From Squalus acanthias (lineage: Eukaryota): a stretch of DNA of 64,000 nucleotides. The notes beneath the pieces are model-generated. The model was given only the letters and a program-made list of their open reading frames with translations, made no database searches and had not been told where the DNA came from. Below are positions 58,948 to 64,000 of this stretch, piece after piece (position 1 is the first letter of the stretch; each line of letters starts with the position of its first letter). Both the position numbers and the translations under genes were made by a program. The DNA lies in NCBI GenBank assembly GCA_030390025.1, contig CM059433.1, positions 11,100,001 through 11,164,000 on the forward strand. The letters are read 5' to 3'.

Positions 58948-61536
58948 AAAAGAAAGAAAGACTTGCATTTCTATAGCGCCTTTCGTGACCACCGGATGTC
59001 TCAAAGCACTTTACAGCCAATGAAGTACTGTCACTGTTGTAATGTGATAAATGTGGCAGCCAATTTGTGCACAGCAAGCTCCCACAAACAGCAATGTGAT
59101 AATGACCAGATAATCAGTTTTTGTTATGTTGGTTGAGGGATAAATATTGGCCCCAGGACACCAGGGATAACTTTGAAAGAGTGCCATGGGGATCTTTTAC
59201 ATCCAACCTGAGAGAGCAGACGGGGCCTCCGGTTTTTCATCTCAGCTGAAAGATGGCACCTCCGACAGTGCTGCACTCTCTCAGCACTGCACTGGAATGT
59301 CAGCCTAGCTTTATACATAGATACATAGATACATAGAAGATAGGAGCAGGAGTAGGCCATCCGGCCCTTCGAGCCTGCTCCGCCATTTAATGAGATCATG
59401 GCTGATCCTCCAATTCAGTATCCCGTCCCCGCCTTCTCTCCGTAACCCTTAACCCCTTTTGCCTGTAGAAATATATCTAATTCCCTCTTAAATATATTTA
59501 ATGAGCTGGCGTACACTGCCCTCTGTGGCAATGAGTTCCACAGGTTCACCACCCTCTGAGTGAAGAAATTCCCCCTCATTTCTGTCCTAAATGGTTTAGC
59601 CCTTATCCTTAAATTATGTCCTCTAGTTCTGTTCTCACCCGCCAAGGGAAACATTCCTTCTGCATCTAGTCTGTCTAGACCTGTCAGAATTTTATACACT
59701 TCTATGAGGTCCCCTCTCAATCTTCTAAACTCCAGTGTGTACATCCCTAAACTACATAGTCTCTCCTCATAGGTCAATCCCGCCATTCCTGGTATCAGCC
59801 TGGTGAATCGCCGCTGCACCCCCTCCATGGCAAGAACATCTTTCCTCAGATGAGGCGACCAAAACTGTACACAGTACTCGAGGTGTGGTCTCACCAGTGC
59901 CCTGTACAGCTGCAGCAAGGTATCCCTGTTCCTGTATTCCAACCCTTTTGCTATGAAGGCCAGCATACCGTTTGCCTTCTTGACCGCCTGTTGCACCTGC
60001 ATGCTCGCCTTCAGTGACTGGTGTACAAGAACACCCAGGTCTCTCTGTACTTCCCCCTCTCCCAATTTATTGCCATTTAAATAATAATTTGCCCTCCCGT
60101 TCCTGCACCCAAGGTGGATAACTTCGCACTTGTCCACATTATAGTGCATCTGCCATTTATCCGCCCAATCACCCAGTCTGTCCAAATCGCTCTGGAGCTT
60201 CCTGGTCTCCTCCTCTGAGCCCACCCCCCCTCCTAGTTTAGTGTCGTCTGCAAATTTGGAAATGCTGCATCCGACTCCCTGATCCAGGTCATTCATGTAA
60301 ATTGTGAACAGCTGGGGACCCAGGACAGATCCCTGTGGTACCCCACTTGTTACTGCCTGCCATTCAGAAAATGAGCCGTTTATTCCAACTCTCTGTTTTC
60401 TATCTGACAGCCAGTTCTCTATCCACGTCAATACTTTCCCCTTTATCCCATGAGCTTCAATTTTCCATGCTAATCTTTTATGTGGGACCTTGTCGAAGGC
60501 CTTTTGGAAGTCCAGGTACACCACATCTACTGGCTCTCCCCCATCTATTTTACCAGTTACTCCCTCAAAAAATTCCAATAGATTAGTCAAGCACGATTTA
60601 CCCTTTGTAAATCCATGTTGACTCTGTCCTATCCTGTCCCCATTTGCTAAGTGCTCCGCTATTTCATCCTTAATGATGGACTCCAGCATTTTGCCCACAA
60701 CTGATGTAAGGCTTACAGGTCTGTAATTACCTGCTTTTTCCCTACCCCCCTTTTTGAATAGTGGGGTAACGTTAGCTACCCTCCAATCCATGGGCACTGT
60801 TCCCGAGTCTAATGAATTCTGAAAAATCATACTTAGTGCATCCGCTATCTCTAGGGCCACCTCCTTCAGTACCCTAGGATGCATGTTATCAGGCCCTGGG
60901 GATTTGTCCGCCTTCAATCCCTTTAGCTTCCTTAACACCATATCCTTAGAGATATTGATTTGCGTCAGTTCCTCCTTTGCCAATGTCCCTATTTTTCCCG
61001 ATATCCCAGGGAGGTTTTTTGTGTCTTCCTTCGTAAAGACTGACCCAAAGTATGCATTTAGTTGGTCTGCCATTTCCTTATTTCCCGTTATATATTCCCC
61101 CGTATCTGACTGCAATGGACCAACTTTGGTTTTCACCAGTCTTTTCCTCTTGATATACTTATAAAAGCTTTTGGAGTTAGTTTTTATATTTTCCGCCAGC
61201 TTGCTTTCATAAGCTATTTTGCCCCTCTTGATTAAGCCCTTTGTCCTCCTTTGCTCTATCTTAAACTGTTCCCAATCTTCCGCTCTGGTGCTTTTTTTGG
61301 CTATTTTATACGCCCTATCTTTGGATTTTATGCTGTCTCTAATTTCCCCTGTTATCCACGGTTGAGTCACCTTTTTAGATTTCCTTTTATGCCAGATTGG
61401 TATAAACAATTTTTGCAATTTTGTCATTCTATCTTTAAATGCTTGCCATTGTTTATCTACCTCCAGTCCTCCCAGTCTTTGGACCCACAACTTTCTAACT
61501 TAGAAGCAAGTGTGCTACCCACTGAGCCACGGCTGA
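58948..61536 (-). mobile_element. Deu-domain SINE split by CR1 (body 58948-59312, head 61481-61536)
   Basis: The two pieces match consecutive parts of 52138-52606, with a ~25-30 bp loss at the junction. Confidence 0.85.
59313..61483 (-). mobile_element. CR1 LINE, 5'-truncated, uninterrupted 691-codon ORF2 remnant with complete RT domain
   Basis: ORF 59415-61490: NYRPVSLTS, QHGF, LDFQKAFDKVPH, GVPQGSVLGP, KFADDTKL; lacks the APE endonuclease. Confidence 0.97.
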
Positions 61537-62774
61537 TGCTAAGGATTTTCGGATTTTACTTATCACTCCCTTTGCAAAGTCACACTGCACACACTCACAC
61601 ACCCCTTCAGTGTTATTGGTAATACCCACACACCACACACATTGATCAATACTGTCTATCTTGAATACACACAAGCACTGGCCTTGAGAAGTCAGCAGCT
61701 GACTCTGGCTTACATCTCTTCCCAGTGAGGTCGTTCTCACAGATGTATTGTTATTATTATTAGTATTTTTTTTTAATGGTGCCTGAGGCCTTTTTGGGGG
61801 GAATTCTGTACACATCACTGGAGTCTATAATTTGGTGGAGCAAGTCTTGAGACAGGCGTTTGCTGGATGAGGCAGCTCTGGTTACGATCAAACAGATTTT
61901 GCCTTTAGACCCCCTCCAGCGATCTCTTGGCTTCGCTTATATTCATAGCTGAAGACAACAACAATTACAGAGGAGAATTGCAAGCAGCACCATTGATCCT
62001 TTAAGAGAACAGAAAAAGTCACTTATCAAACCACGAGCAGAGAAAAGTGCTTTGATAGAACGTTTGTTAAAGAACCTCAAGGTAGTCGTCTTTTTTCTGG
62101 TTCTCTTGATATTACAGTTACTATTGATTAAAAACAGCAATAAAAGCTCCTTTCAAAAAGCAGTCTAAATCTTTGCAAAATTGAGTTTTTTATATATTCA
62201 TTGCAAAGTGTCTGTTGCCATTTGGCAAAGCTCTTTATGCAGATACAATAAAAAATGTTGTACTTTATCAGTGAAAAACGCGCATAGATGTAGGTTTTAA
62301 GTGAGGAACAGTATTCCTTTTACTGGCTGTGCAGACTCGCACCATATCTTTGTTTAACATCCTGTCATGTTTGCACAATGGCCTACATTAATCATCATTA
62401 ACTTAATAAAAAATGACCATGGGGTAATTAAATTGCAAGCTGATGGAAGCATTGAAGAAGTTGCCGTACATGACTACAGTGGCCCGCACTCGTACCCGCT
62501 GTGTATTTGCATTACAGATAAGCACACGGACCAGCAAGACCCATAGCAACAGTACTAAGGTTGTCCTGCTCAATGAAGACAGAAGACACAATTTCCAATC
62601 TGTCCACAGAGAGCATTCGTCAATGATGTAGCTGTTTAAGTAGTTTGCGAACATGTTACCTAAGGGATTTGTTAGGTGCTTTACGGCTGATTATGAATGT
62701 TAGATGTTTGAGTTTTTAATTCCAAAGCGTTACAGCAGAGGAGGAGAGTCGATGAGTTGAATTAAAAAAAAAAA

Positions 62775-63720
62775 ATATTTTGAGATGTGGGCACCGCTGG
62801 CAAGGCCGGCATTTATTGCCCATCCCTAGTTGCCTTGAGAAGTTGAAGGTGAGCCACTTTCTTGAACCGCTGCAGTCCATGTGGTGAAGGTACTCCCACA
62901 GTGCTGTTAGGGAGGGAGTTCAAGAATTTTGACCCAGCGATGATGAAGGAACGCCGATATATGTCCAAGTCGGGATGATGTGCGACTTGGAGGGGAACTT
63001 GGAAGTGATGGTGTTTCCATTAACCTACTGCCCTTGTCCTTCTAGGTGGTTAGACAGCTTTGTCCTGGATGTTGTCCAGCTTCTTAGGTTTTGTTGCAGC
63101 TGCATCCATCCAGGCAAGTGGAGAGTATTCCATCACACTCCTGACTTGTGTATTGTAGATGGTGGAAAGGCTTTGGGGAGTCAGGAGGTGAGACACTCGC
63201 CAGAGAATACCTAGCCTCTGACCTGCTCTAGTTGCCACGGCATTTATGTGGCAGGTCCAGTTGAGATTCTGGTCAATGGCGACCCCCAGGATGTAGATAT
63301 TGGGGGATTCGGTGATGCTAATGCCGTTGAATGTCATGGGGAGATGATTTGACTCTCTCTTATTGGAGAGGGTCATTGCCTGGCACTTGTGTGGCACGAA
63401 TGTTACTTGCCACTTATCAGACCAAGCCTGACTGTCGTCCAGGTATTGCTGCATGAGGACACGGACTGCTTCATTATCTGAGGAGTTGCAAATAGAGCTC
63501 AACACTGTACAATCATCAACGAACATCCCTACTTCTGACCTTATGATGGAGGGAAGGTCATTGATGAAGCTGCTGAAGCTAGTTGCACCTGGGACGCTGC
63601 CCTGAGGAAATACTGCAACAATATCTTTGGGCTGAGGTGATTGGCATCCAGCAATCACAACCATTTTCCTTTGTGTTAGGAATGACTCCAGCCACTATAA
63701 AGTTTCCCCCTGATCCTAAC
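62775..63720 (-). mobile_element. Non-LTR retrotransposon fragment (CR1/L2 group) with partial RT
   Basis: PQGSV.G...F..FINDLP, MFVDDCT, W.DKWQVTF.P.KCQ, VRSVMEY...W; 3' UTR shared with 10195-10585. Confidence 0.85.
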
Positions 63721-63730
63721 TAACTTCAGT

Positions 63731-63925
63731 TTTACCCCAGAGGGCTGTGGAGGCTCAGTCATTGAGTATATTCAAGACAGAGATCGATAGATTTTTGAAT
63801 ATTAAGGGGATCAAGGGATACGGGGATAGTTCAGGAAAGTGGAGATGAGGTAGAAGATCAGCCATGATCTTATGGAATGGTAGAGCAGGCTCGAAGGGCC
63901 AAATGACCTACTCCTGCTCTTATTC
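63731..63925 (+). mobile_element. CR1 3' end fragment
   Basis: LPQRAVEAQSLSIFKTEIDRFL..KGIKGYG plus UTR. Confidence 0.88.
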
Positions 63926-63930
63926 TCACT

Positions 63931-64000
63931 AATACAAAATCAAAATACTGCGGTTGCTGGAAATCTGAAATAGAAACAGAAAATGCTGGAAATACTCAGC
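63931..64000 (-). mobile_element. Penelope pLTR fragment running off the window
   Basis: Reverse complement matches 17678-17745 (gctgagt.tttccagc.ttttctg...ccgcagtattttg). Confidence 0.75.

Noticed and set aside
59415..61490. Autonomous functional LINE or novel RT system
   Set aside because: 5'-truncated, with no ORF1 or endonuclease; ordinary CR1 ORF2

Overview
Repeat-dense, non-coding vertebrate DNA. It is most likely from a shark or other elasmobranch, inferred from HE1-type V-SINEs, Deu-domain SINEs and abundant HER1/CR1 LINEs. I can support no host protein-coding gene, rRNA, true tRNA or CRISPR array. The window is a nested transposon landscape: about 20 5'-truncated CR1 LINEs (one with an uninterrupted 691-aa RT ORF), L2 and RTE LINE fragments, and three SINE families. 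It holds one near-complete two-gene PIF/Harbinger transposon (convergent spliced Myb/SANT gene plus DDE transposase), two or three further decayed Harbingers, many Harbinger-type MITEs and a Tc1/pogo-type MITE. There are also two related ~1.15-1.2 kb solo LTRs and Penelope-like element remnants carrying three minimal type-I hammerhead ribozyme motifs. A 67-copy 39-bp minisatellite appears to have been born from an L2 3' end; its long ORFs are artefacts of a 13-codon period. Coordinates were read by eye. Ends with stated TIRs/TSDs are precise, and the others are approximate.
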